Under the pieces are notes generated by a model. It was not told the origin of the DNA. It saw only the letters and a program-made list of their open reading frames with translations, and ran no database searches. Made by a program: the position numbers and the translations under genes. A stretch of DNA of 64,000 nucleotides from Candidatus Hydrogenedentota bacterium (GTDB taxonomy: Bacteria > Hydrogenedentota > Hydrogenedentia > Hydrogenedentales > JAEUWI01). Below, in pieces: positions 9,172-18,553 of the stretch (within the stretch, counting starts at the first letter, position 1; each line of letters starts with the position of its first letter). The stretch spans positions 86,135 to 150,134 of the forward strand of contig JAXMOL010000012.1 in assembly GCA_034669905.1 (NCBI GenBank), given 5' to 3'.

Positions 9172-11661
9172 ATGCGTGCCGGACGAAGTGAGCCGTTCGG
9201 GCAACAGGTCGAGGGGCTTTTTGGATTGGCTACAAAGAAGTCAACACTGAAGCGCTATAGCGTCACATGTAAGTGTGGCAACAAGATGCGTGTCCGCAGT
9301 CGCCATTTCGGGCGCATGTGTCGGTGCACGGTGTGTGAATTTCCCATTTATGTGACATTCTACAACGTGACGCCCCCCGTCCATCCGTCCGACCGCGAAG
9401 TGCTCCACCATTACGACGCCGATTCCATCCCGTTTAATTGGAACAAGGGTGATCTCCTGATGGAGATGTACGACGTTCGCGAAGAGCTCGGTCGGGGGGG
9501 GATGGGGGTAGTCCACCGCGTCCACCATCGGGGTTGGGGCATTGATGTGGCCGTCAAGAGTCCCAAGAAGCGGCTGGTCTCCGAGCAGGGCTGGGTCGAC
9601 ACCTTCGAACACGAGTGCGAAACCTGGACCAACCTGCCCCCGCACCCCAACACGGTGGTGTGTTATTGTGTGCGCCGTCTGGGTGACATCCCCCGTGTGT
9701 TCGTGGAACTCGTTGAGGGGCAAGACCTGGGGCGATTGATCAAAGAAAAAACGCTCTACGCGGGGGATAGTGATGCGGTTATCCACCGCATTCTTGATAT
9801 TGCCATTCAAGTGGCGCGGGGGCTGCACCATGCCCACGAAAATGGGGTGGTGCACCAGGATGTGAAACCGAAGAACATGCTGGTCTCTTCCACCGGCGAC
9901 GTAAAAGTCACCGATTTCGGATTGGCCCGGGTGGGGGTGGCGGAGAGCGAGAGCGGCGTGTCGTCGGGGCGTCTTGTGCGCTGGGGTCCCCTCGGTGGCA
10001 CACCGGTCTACACCTCGCCCGATTACAAGAAACTGAACGAAGTGACGGCCCAGAGCGATATCTGGAGCCTTGGCCTGGCCATTATTGAGATGTTCAGCGG
10101 GGAAGTGTTCTGGCAGGATGGCACCGAGGCCCGAACGGTGATGGAAACCCTGCTGCAGCATGGCGCGCGCTACGACATGGTGCCGGTGATGCCCCCATCG
10201 TTGTTGCCGGTGCTATCTCAGTGTTTCGAAGACGATCCCGAAAAACGGCCTGGCAGTATGCTGGAATTGGCGCACATGCTCGAAGAAGTCCACGAGCGTG
10301 ACCTTGGTCAGCCCTACTTTCGCCCCCTTCCGGACATCCAGGTGCAACAACATGACCTGATGAATAACCGGGCAGCATCCCTCGCGGAGCTGGGTCAGAA
10401 ACACGAGGCGGAAGCGTTGTGGACCGAGATTCGGAAAGTCGATCCGGCCCATATTGAAGCGCGCTACAACCTGGCCCTCCACCAGTGGCGTCACGGGCGT
10501 ATATCGGACAATGAAGTGGTGGCCAAGCTCTACCGGCTTTGCGCCATTCACGAGCAGCAGTGGCTCCCCCGGTATCTGCTGGCCCGCGTCCTGGTCGAGC
10601 GGGGGGATGCGACTACGGCCTGTAAGATTCTCAACAACCTGCCCCGAGAGATTCGCCGTTCCCGGGAAGTTTCCTTCGGGATGGCCATTTCCCACGAGTG
10701 GACGACCAAGGATAAGCTGCCCGTCTGGGAGAGCCGGGCACACTCTACCGCCATTACAGCGGTCCATGCTTCCTTTGATGGGCAATGGATAATGACCGGC
10801 TGTGAGTCAGGAAAAATCCGGCTGTGGGACCGTGGGTCAAGCTCCGTATCTCAAAGTATGCTCGGGCACGACGGGATGGTCAATGCACTCGCCATCCGAA
10901 GTTGTGAGAAAGTCGCCGTGTCCGCCGGTGCGGATGGGGTGGTCCGCGTCTGGAATACGCAAGATGGCGCCTGTACCGCCGAATTGGTCGGTCATGAAGG
11001 TCCGGTCCACTGCCTCTCCCTGGGAGAGAATCAAGGGACCCTCATATCGGGCGGGGCCGATGGGACCATCCGCCACTGGAATCTCGCCGGGGGAGTCTGC
11101 ACGCGGGTGGTGGATTCAGAAGACAGTGCTATTCTCAACGTTTCGCTCAGTCAAAATGGGCTCTATGCCCTGTCGGGACACGAGTCCGGCATGCTTCGCG
11201 TCTGGGATCTTCAGACGGGCAAGAACCTGAAGTGTCTGGGGCAGAACAAGGGGGCGGTTCTCGCGATGGACGTGAGTCACACGCGCCCCTATGCCGTTAC
11301 CAGCAGCGGATCGCGCATTAAGATTTGGAATCTGGGCCGGGGCGAGATCATCCGCACGCTCTACGGGCACCGAACGGCAGTCGTGGATGCCCGGATCGAT
11401 GTGTCCAATCGCTTTGTCGTGTCCGCCTCTTCGCAGGGCACCATCAAGATCTGGAATCTACACACGGGGCAGTGCATCCGGAGTCTGCGGGGCTCGGCCC
11501 CCCTGGATCTCAGTCAGAATGGTCGTTATTGTGTGACGGGCGACGCCACGGGAACGGTACATTGCTGGCAACTTTACCTGGATTACACCCCACCGATTGC
11601 ACCCTATATGATCTGCCGGGATTTCATCGAAAACCGGGAGTACTCCGCCTCGGACCTTTGA
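9172..11661 (+). CDS. Ser/Thr protein kinase with N-terminal Zn-ribbon, TPR region and C-terminal WD40 propeller
   Basis: CKC...CTVC; LGRGGMGVV, VAVK, HQDVKPKN, DFG, SDIWSLG; several GH...WD/WN repeats. Start may be the TTG at 9226. Confidence 0.92.
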   Translation: MRAGRSEPFGQQVEGLFGLATKKSTLKRYSVTCKCGNKMRVRSRHFGRMCRCTVCEFPIYVTFYNVTPPVHPSDREVLHHYDADSIPFNWNKGDLLMEMYDVREELGRGGMGVVHRVHHRGWGIDVAVKSPKKRLVSEQGWVDTFEHECETWTNLPPHPNTVVCYCVRRLGDIPRVFVELVEGQDLGRLIKEKTLYAGDSDAVIHRILDIAIQVARGLHHAHENGVVHQDVKPKNMLVSSTGDVKVTDFGLARVGVAESESGVSSGRLVRWGPLGGTPVYTSPDYKKLNEVTAQSDIWSLGLAIIEMFSGEVFWQDGTEARTVMETLLQHGARYDMVPVMPPSLLPVLSQCFEDDPEKRPGSMLELAHMLEEVHERDLGQPYFRPLPDIQVQQHDLMNNRAASLAELGQKHEAEALWTEIRKVDPAHIEARYNLALHQWRHGRISDNEVVAKLYRLCAIHEQQWLPRYLLARVLVERGDATTACKILNNLPREIRRSREVSFGMAISHEWTTKDKLPVWESRAHSTAITAVHASFDGQWIMTGCESGKIRLWDRGSSSVSQSMLGHDGMVNALAIRSCEKVAVSAGADGVVRVWNTQDGACTAELVGHEGPVHCLSLGENQGTLISGGADGTIRHWNLAGGVCTRVVDSEDSAILNVSLSQNGLYALSGHESGMLRVWDLQTGKNLKCLGQNKGAVLAMDVSHTRPYAVTSSGSRIKIWNLGRGEIIRTLYGHRTAVVDARIDVSNRFVVSASSQGTIKIWNLHTGQCIRSLRGSAPLDLSQNGRYCVTGDATGTVHCWQLYLDYTPPIAPYMICRDFIENREYSASDL

Positions 11662-11685
11662 ACTGTCGGTCGGCTCTGCGGGGGA

Positions 11686-14331
11686 TCATGAAGAAGGGGC
11701 ACCGCGCTGGGCGGTGAGCTCGACGACGGTATCGCGCTTTTTCCGGACGCGCAGCGTGCGTTCGTCGGCATCTCCTCGCGAGGCGGTAAAGATTTCTTCG
11801 GCCATGGTGAGAAAGCGCGCGGCCTCTTCCATTTCGCCCAGCGCGATATAGAGATTCCCCAGGGCATAGGCATCGGCTCCGACCCGATCGTCCCGCTCCC
11901 CAAAGCGGGTCTGGTTATTCTTCAGGGCCTGCTCCTGAAAGAGCGCCGCCTGGAAATAGTTTTCCTGGGCCCGATAGATGCGAACCATACGGCTGTACAG
12001 GGCGCTCAGTCCATCGGCATCCATCCAGGGATTCACTTCCTGGAGCTGGTAAGCTTTCAGCAAGACGGCTTCGGCCTCTTCGAGTCGCTCGAGGTGGCCA
12101 AGGGCCCGACCCAGGTATATCAAGTCGGGGCCGAGGGTGGGGCTGTCTGGACCCGCTGCCGCCTCAGTCAAGGCCAGGGCCTGTTTCAGACAGCGGATTG
12201 CTTCCTCATCTTCGTAGGCATCCAGAAAGGTACGCCCCTTCTGACGCCAGATGAGGGCTTTGGTCACCGTCGGGCCCGGTTTCAGATTTTCCCATACGGC
12301 CAAGGCTTCGTCGAGGCATTGGTGGGCCTGCTCATACCGGGAGCGCGCCCGATGAACCCGTGCGATGCCTGCGAGGTCTGCCGCCACACTTTCATGGATG
12401 GGCCCGAAGTCATCGCGGTCACAGTAGAGCGCATGCTCATAAAACTTCATCGCCTCTTCAAAACGCTTGGTTTCCACGAGACAATGGGCCAGGTTTCGAG
12501 AGTATTGTGCGAGGGCCCCCAGAACGGGCTCTTCCGCATTCTCTTCCGACTGAATGGCGCGCAGGAAACAGGCCTGCGCCTGGGCATGCTCATCCTGATG
12601 GTGATGCAACTGCCCCAGGCCATTCAGGCACTCGGCGACCACCGAATGATTCCAGCAATACACGTCAATAAAGATTTCGATGGTCTCGGCATAGGCCGCC
12701 TTGGCTGCTGGTATGTCCCCCATCAGCTCCAAGACCTGGCAGAGATTGCGGCTGGGCATGGTCAACATGCTGCGGTGTGCGGGGCCCATGGCCGCATCGC
12801 GGGCCGGGCCATAAATCGCCTCACAGAGGGCGAAGGCCCGCTTGTAACAGTCCCGCGCTTCGGCAAAATTGCCCTGATCCTGCAGTACTACCCCCAGGCT
12901 GTTGGTGCGCGAGGCAATCGTCGGGTGGGCGGCCGTACCATACAGGGCCTCCGCCACGGAAATGGCCCGCTCGAAACATTCGCGGGCCAATCCGTACTCC
13001 TCACAGGCGTGGATATAGAGCCCGACCTGGTTGAGTAAGGCACCGGTGCTTTCGCGCAGATTGTCCGCGTGCTGGCTCAGCCGGGTTACGGCGAGGGCGT
13101 GACGGACGAGGAGCGAGCATGCCGGGATGGGATGGGTGTATTCCGTTTCTACAGGGAAGGCTTCCAGCACGACGCGAAGGGCGGTCATCAACCAGGCATT
13201 GGCTTGTTCCTTGCCAAGGAGTTGTCGGGTTGCGAACTGCACCTCCGGATGCATGGTGATACTGTTCTGCTCGAATTGGATCAGCCCCAGACGGAACAAC
13301 AAGGAGAGGGTCAGATTGAGCGACTCGGGCTCTGTAACACACGCACTCAGGCGTTTGGGCAGGAAAGGGCTCCCATCATACAAGGTCACCAGCGGGATGT
13401 CATCCGCGTCCAGAAAGGCGCAAAGGGCCACCAGGGCCAATGCGGCAGGATCCTGATCAGAAATGTGACGCAATGACTGGGTCACGGCTGCCGTCACGAT
13501 GGCCTGGGAGGGCCTCCGGTCGCCGTCCATCGAATCGGGGCGTTGGCCCAATCGCTCGCCGTATTCCGCCGCCGAGACGTTCGCCTCGTGGCAATAGGCG
13601 GCGGCCAGATAAAGGGCCTGGGTGTTGCCCTGAAAATATTCGACCAGGCGGTTGAGCGCGTCGTCATCACGCTGCCCGCTGCGGTGTCGGATGATGCGCA
13701 GGGCAGCCGCGGCTTCAAGCGGAGGATGGGCAACTACGTGGACTTTTCCGCCTTCCAGCGGAACGCTGCCGGTGATCAGTATGCGACCGTGCTGGGTCCC
13801 CTGCAGGAGTTCGTGGAGGATGGACAGGTCCGATACACCGTCCACCAGGAGCAACCAGTCTTCGTGCTGCTGCAGCCATTCCAGAAAGAGGGCCACCCGC
13901 CGTGGGTGAGGCAGTTCTTCCCGTGCGCTGAGGCCCAGTTCGTCAGCCAGACGGGATAGGCCCAGGCGATAGAGGACGGGGTCCCGTCCGTCAACCCAGA
14001 ATACCGCGTCGTAACTACCACGTATTCCGTGAGCACAGGCCAGGGAAGTCTGCGTGGTACCCGTACCCGAAGGGCCGAGAAGGTGGCAAACGGGATGGGA
14101 CTGCAGGGCCTGCTTCAGTTTTTCAAGGGTGCCCTCCCGTCCCATGAAGTAGGGGTTGGGCCGCTGTCGGACATGCCAGTACCGGGGTTCGGGCACGGGG
14201 GCACCCGACGGGGGTGTTTCATGGACCGGATCGGGGGTATCGATACGACGCCGCGGTCGTCGCGCCCGTGGGGGACGTTCCGGTTGTGGCGTATCGATGT
14301 GACCGCCCCCCTGCGGTGAACCCATGGTCAT
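11686..14331 (-). CDS. STAND (NB-ARC-like) NTPase-domain protein with C-terminal TPR array
   Basis: PNPYFMGRE, degenerate P-loop GPSGTGTT, WLLLVD, GRILIT, MHPEVQ and kinesin-light-chain-like TPRs (HPTIASRTNSLG). Start placed at the ATG after GGGAG. Confidence 0.85.
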   Translation of the reverse strand: MTMGSPQGGGHIDTPQPERPPRARRPRRRIDTPDPVHETPPSGAPVPEPRYWHVRQRPNPYFMGREGTLEKLKQALQSHPVCHLLGPSGTGTTQTSLACAHGIRGSYDAVFWVDGRDPVLYRLGLSRLADELGLSAREELPHPRRVALFLEWLQQHEDWLLLVDGVSDLSILHELLQGTQHGRILITGSVPLEGGKVHVVAHPPLEAAAALRIIRHRSGQRDDDALNRLVEYFQGNTQALYLAAAYCHEANVSAAEYGERLGQRPDSMDGDRRPSQAIVTAAVTQSLRHISDQDPAALALVALCAFLDADDIPLVTLYDGSPFLPKRLSACVTEPESLNLTLSLLFRLGLIQFEQNSITMHPEVQFATRQLLGKEQANAWLMTALRVVLEAFPVETEYTHPIPACSLLVRHALAVTRLSQHADNLRESTGALLNQVGLYIHACEEYGLARECFERAISVAEALYGTAAHPTIASRTNSLGVVLQDQGNFAEARDCYKRAFALCEAIYGPARDAAMGPAHRSMLTMPSRNLCQVLELMGDIPAAKAAYAETIEIFIDVYCWNHSVVAECLNGLGQLHHHQDEHAQAQACFLRAIQSEENAEEPVLGALAQYSRNLAHCLVETKRFEEAMKFYEHALYCDRDDFGPIHESVAADLAGIARVHRARSRYEQAHQCLDEALAVWENLKPGPTVTKALIWRQKGRTFLDAYEDEEAIRCLKQALALTEAAAGPDSPTLGPDLIYLGRALGHLERLEEAEAVLLKAYQLQEVNPWMDADGLSALYSRMVRIYRAQENYFQAALFQEQALKNNQTRFGERDDRVGADAYALGNLYIALGEMEEAARFLTMAEEIFTASRGDADERTLRVRKKRDTVVELTAQRGAPSS

Positions 14332-14470
14332 GGTAGCTCCCCGTTGTGCAGGTGCTTTTGGTGTGAATGGGACGTGGCGTGTTCCCCGGGAGTCATGTAA
14401 AAGCCCTCCATCCTCGGCACAGACCTCTTCCACAGTTGGGGCACGAAGGCGTGCCGGATGGCGATCTCTG

Positions 14471-16057
14471 TTAACTGTAGCTATGATACCGACTTTCGCC
14501 GGGCGTGTAAACTCTGTTCTGACGAATAAGTCCCCCTAAAAGGCACAGGAGCAGAAGGCTGGCCAGGCCCTGCAGGAGGGCCAGGGCTGACACCATGGCG
14601 GTCGGGCCATAGTGCATGAGTGTGAAGATGCGCAGGGAGACGGGGACCCAGCCGGGGGGGGCGACGAGGACGATGCATTCCAGTTCCCCCATGATCAAGA
14701 GAAAGAGGCCCATCCATAGGGCGGCGAGGGGGCGTCGAATGAGGGGGAGCGTAATCCGCCAGAAGATTTGGCTCCGAGTTGCTCCAAAACAGCGCGCTGC
14801 CTCTGGAATCTCCGCGGGAAGCCAGCGCACGACGAGAAGGACGCCCAGCCAGCCGAAGAGGGCGTAGCGGGCGGTAACCGCGATTAGGAGGATGGGAAAG
14901 CGGTCGTAGATGTAACCGAGGGGCCCCGCATGGTTCCAGCACGCGATGAGCCCCACGCCCAGGACCGGCCCCGAGACCAGGTACGCCATGGCCAGGGGTA
15001 CAAAGAATGCCTGGTTGGGTCGCGTTCGGGACAGGGCGAGCGGCAAGGTGAGGAGGAGGAGCACGGTGGCCCCCAAGCCGCTCAGGAGGAGGCTGGTTCC
15101 AATCTCGTGAAAGCCCGTCTGTGCGGCACTCCAGAGGGCGTGGGGCGTTTCAATGCGTCGGAGCAGGGCCACGGTGGGAAGTCCCAGGGTGAGGGTGGCA
15201 AGCGCCGCGCCATATGCGCGGGCCATGGTCCTCCGAGCAAGGGGGGGCGACGTGCGGAGAATGGGCTGCTGTGAAACGGTCGGTAGATATCGAAGAAGTA
15301 GGGCGGCCACGCAGAGCCCGGTCGTGAGCAGGGGGAGCGCGAGGAGTACGGCCTGCCGGTGGTCTAAGAGACTGTTGAAGCTGCTGAATATTTCCACCGT
15401 AAAGACCGGCACCTGAAGCAGGGAGGGGACCGAAAAACTCAAGAGGGATAGGAGAGAAACGATTAATGCGCTCGTGGCGATGGCGGGGCGGAGCAGCGGC
15501 ACGGTGATGTGCCAGAAGACAGCGCGTAGGGGGGCCAGGGTCCGTGCGGCGTCCTGGAGCTGAGGGTCTTGCTGACGCAGGTGGAGCCACACGGTAAACA
15601 GCGGCACGGGATACCAGCTCAGTGCCTGTACGAGGACAACGCCCGTGGGTGTGTAGAGGGAGAAGGGGGTGATGCCCCATGCGGCCAGGAGGCCCTGGGG
15701 ACCGAGCACATCTATCCAGGCGACGGCCATGATATGGGGCGGGAGAAAGAGGGGAGCGGCCAGCAGGGCGGGGAGGATACTGCGACGCGTTCCTGCAAGG
15801 AGATGGAGGGCGTAGCCGAGGGGGGCGCCAATCAGGGTGGCGACGCCTACGGTGCCCACAGCGATGGTGCAGCTCTTGAGCCAGAGTCCCCACAGGCGTG
15901 GCGTGCTCAGTAGTCCAAGCGCCTCCGTTACACGCTCGGTGGGGGAGCCCAAGAGGGGGAGGAAGGCGGCGATGACGGGCGACAGGCAGGCCAGGAGCAG
16001 CACGCCGCCGCAGCCTCGCAGTGCCCATCGGTCGGGCTGGATTCTATTGGTGCTCAC
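14471..16057 (-). CDS. Fe(III)-type ABC transporter permease (FbpB-like)
   Basis: Duplicated permease with two EAA loops (QDAARTL, PEAARCFGA). GTGA overlap with the binding-protein gene. Confidence 0.88.
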   Translation of the reverse strand: MSTNRIQPDRWALRGCGGVLLLACLSPVIAAFLPLLGSPTERVTEALGLLSTPRLWGLWLKSCTIAVGTVGVATLIGAPLGYALHLLAGTRRSILPALLAAPLFLPPHIMAVAWIDVLGPQGLLAAWGITPFSLYTPTGVVLVQALSWYPVPLFTVWLHLRQQDPQLQDAARTLAPLRAVFWHITVPLLRPAIATSALIVSLLSLLSFSVPSLLQVPVFTVEIFSSFNSLLDHRQAVLLALPLLTTGLCVAALLLRYLPTVSQQPILRTSPPLARRTMARAYGAALATLTLGLPTVALLRRIETPHALWSAAQTGFHEIGTSLLLSGLGATVLLLLTLPLALSRTRPNQAFFVPLAMAYLVSGPVLGVGLIACWNHAGPLGYIYDRFPILLIAVTARYALFGWLGVLLVVRWLPAEIPEAARCFGATRSQIFWRITLPLIRRPLAALWMGLFLLIMGELECIVLVAPPGWVPVSLRIFTLMHYGPTAMVSALALLQGLASLLLLCLLGGLIRQNRVYTPGESRYHSYS

Positions 16058-17061
16058 CGAACCAGTAGCGCCCGGAGCCGGGTGGCGGATGTTTCCATCT
16101 GGGCGGCGATTTCAGGAAAGGACGGTGACATGGTGTGGATGTCGGAAATGACAGGGACCGACTTGGGCGCGGTTACGGCGGGGTTGAGGGGGATCTGGAT
16201 GGAGCGGCTTTCTGCCAGGCGTTTTTCCACGTCCGGGCTCAGCAGGTATTCGATGAGCTGTTTCGCACCTTCCGGATTGGGGCCATGTTTGATCAGGGCA
16301 ACCGTGTTAGGGATAAGCAGCGTGCCCAGTTCGTCTTGGTCGGGCAGCAGCCACGCCACCGGGAAACCATCGACGACGGCACCGTTGGCATCGTCGGTGT
16401 CGGTCAGGCCAAAGGCATATTCGCCCCGGGCCACGGCATCCCGCACGACCCCATTTCCGGCGACGAAGGCAACGTCGTTGTCCACGAGTTGCTGGAAAAA
16501 GTGCATGGTGTCGGTTTCGCCCCAGGCGGCAAACAGCGCCGCTGCGTGGGTGGCCGTCGTTCCGAAGAGTGGCAGGGCCACGGCACACTGACCTTTGTAT
16601 TCCGGACGAATGAAGTCCTGAATGGACGTTGGGGGCGAAGTGACGCGCTCCGTGTTGTAGATAATGACCCGGGCACGGGCGGCAAAGCCGGTCCAATAGG
16701 CTTCGGGGTCCTTAAAGGCGTCGGGGATGGCTTTCGATGCGGTGGGTGCGTAGGGGGCGAGTGCGCCCCGGTCTTTTAAAAGGATCGTCTGGGCCACTTC
16801 GTTGTTCCAGAAGACATCGCAGCGTGGGCGTCCGGTTTCGTTGAGCAGGCGGGTGACCAATCCCGTCGTTTTGGCAGCTTCCGTATCGTAGACCGCCTTG
16901 ACCGCAATGCCCGTATCCGCCGTGAAGGCATCGAGTATGGGTCGGGAGTAGATTTCATCCAGGGCGGTGTAGACGACGACGGAATCTTTGGAGGAGCCGC
17001 CGCAACTGGTCATGACTCCCAGTGCCAAAATGAGGATGCTCTTGCTCACTGCGCGTATCAT
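16054..17061 (-). CDS. ABC transporter solute-binding lipoprotein (FbpA/AfuA-like)
   Basis: Lipobox-like VMTSC; VVVYTA, DVFW, RARVIIYN and GLTDTDD motifs; GGGAGG RBS. Confidence 0.88.
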   Translation of the reverse strand: MIRAVSKSILILALGVMTSCGGSSKDSVVVYTALDEIYSRPILDAFTADTGIAVKAVYDTEAAKTTGLVTRLLNETGRPRCDVFWNNEVAQTILLKDRGALAPYAPTASKAIPDAFKDPEAYWTGFAARARVIIYNTERVTSPPTSIQDFIRPEYKGQCAVALPLFGTTATHAAALFAAWGETDTMHFFQQLVDNDVAFVAGNGVVRDAVARGEYAFGLTDTDDANGAVVDGFPVAWLLPDQDELGTLLIPNTVALIKHGPNPEGAKQLIEYLLSPDVEKRLAESRSIQIPLNPAVTAPKSVPVISDIHTMSPSFPEIAAQMETSATRLRALLVR

Positions 17062-17359
17062 AATCTGCCTCCCTTTTTATCGGCACTGCGGTCGTGCCGG
17101 TGAAACCAGCAGCCTAGCGATGTGGGTGATGGCAATGCAAGGTGACTGGGAAACCCGGAATCGCCGCAGGGTATTGTTCTCATGGAGTGGACAGGCTAAA
17201 TTTGCAAACGCCTGCCCCTTCCAACTATAACGACAGGCTTGATTACGCGCCCACCACGACTTGCTGCTCCCGCAGCAGGCTTCGTACCCCACCAGGCTGC
17301 TTTGGGCGCGTGCTGTAAGTTCCACGAACAACCAATAGTATGAAGAGAAGGGTGCCCTT

Positions 17360-18535
17360 ATGCATTTACGGAGTTTTCGGCCCGGATTGGCGCTTTGTGC
17401 GCTGCTCGGGCTAATGACCATCGTCCCGGACGCGCTGGCCCAGCCCGCGTTTTTCTTTAAGGAGAATGACCGGGTCGTTTTCCTTGGCGCGACCATGCTG
17501 GAGCGGGAGCAGACCGAGGGGTACCTGGAAACCCTGCTAACCGCCCAGTTCGCCCGGGAAAACCTCACCTTTCGTAACCTCGCCTGGAGTGGCGACACCG
17601 TGTTTGGTGATTCCCGCGCCGGGTTTGATACGGCCAAAGAAGGCTTCGAGCGGATGGTCAAGCAAGTTCATGATGCGGAGCCAACGGTTCTGATGTTGAG
17701 CTACGGTAACAACGAAGCCTACGAAGGCGAAGCCGGCCTCGAATCTTTCCTGGCAGGGTACAACAAATTGCTTGATGCCGTGGCCGACACGGAAGCGCGC
17801 CTTATCTTCTGGGGCCTGCCACACCTGGAGAATCTGGGTTACCCCTTGCCGGACTCGACCCGACAGAATAAGAATGTGGTGCTGTACAACGAAGCCGTCC
17901 GGGCCCTGGCCGCCGAGCGCGGGGGCTGGTTTATTGACCTTCAGGCCATGCTCGACACGACCCGTCATGTGGCCCCCCTCACGGACAACAATATCCACTT
18001 CACGGACTATGGCTACTGGATGTTTGCCCAGGCGACCCTGTTGGGCTTGGGCTACGAAGCGCCGCGCTTCATGGCCCATGGCCTGCGCCATTTCCGCATC
18101 GGGCTCGACACGTATTTCTTTGCGGCCCTGCCCGGGGAAGCACCGGAGCTGGCCCAGGAAGAAGAAGTGGTTCACCGTATTCGGTATGTATCGGCCATTG
18201 ACGGCACCTATCAGCTCCGACTGGGAGAACGGGTGCTCGCAGAAGCGACCTCGGAAGCCTGGGCGGCCGGGGTTTCGGTTCCCGACCTCGAAGAAGTCGC
18301 TTCCTGGGAAGCGCTGCGTGCCGCCGTGGTGGAGAAGAATCGCCTCTTCTTCAACAAATGGCGCCCGCAGAATCACACCTATATCCTGGGTTTTCGGAAA
18401 CATGAGCAGGGTCAATATGCGGCAGAGATTCCCATGTATGACCCCCTCGTCGAAGCCGAAGAGCAGAAGATCGCGGAGCTCCGTTCCCCTGAGCTGGCCC
18501 GTTACACCATGCACCGCGTCGGCGCGGACCAATAG
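17360..18535 (+). CDS. Secreted SGNH/GDSL-hydrolase-fold protein (PVC type)
   Basis: Signal peptide; blocks VVFLGAT, RNLAWSGD, YGNNE and DNNIH; C-terminal WRPQNHTYILGFRKHEQG. Confidence 0.8.
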   Translation: MHLRSFRPGLALCALLGLMTIVPDALAQPAFFFKENDRVVFLGATMLEREQTEGYLETLLTAQFARENLTFRNLAWSGDTVFGDSRAGFDTAKEGFERMVKQVHDAEPTVLMLSYGNNEAYEGEAGLESFLAGYNKLLDAVADTEARLIFWGLPHLENLGYPLPDSTRQNKNVVLYNEAVRALAAERGGWFIDLQAMLDTTRHVAPLTDNNIHFTDYGYWMFAQATLLGLGYEAPRFMAHGLRHFRIGLDTYFFAALPGEAPELAQEEEVVHRIRYVSAIDGTYQLRLGERVLAEATSEAWAAGVSVPDLEEVASWEALRAAVVEKNRLFFNKWRPQNHTYILGFRKHEQGQYAAEIPMYDPLVEAEEQKIAELRSPELARYTMHRVGADQ

Positions 18536-18553
18536 ACCGGGAGTACGAATATC

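Noticed and set aside
17090..17300. Possible cobalamin riboswitch near the ABC and SGNH genes (GGGAA, CTGCCCC..CAACT)
   Set aside because: Motif spacing is wrong, there is no B12 box, and the motifs are on the opposite strand to the transporter.
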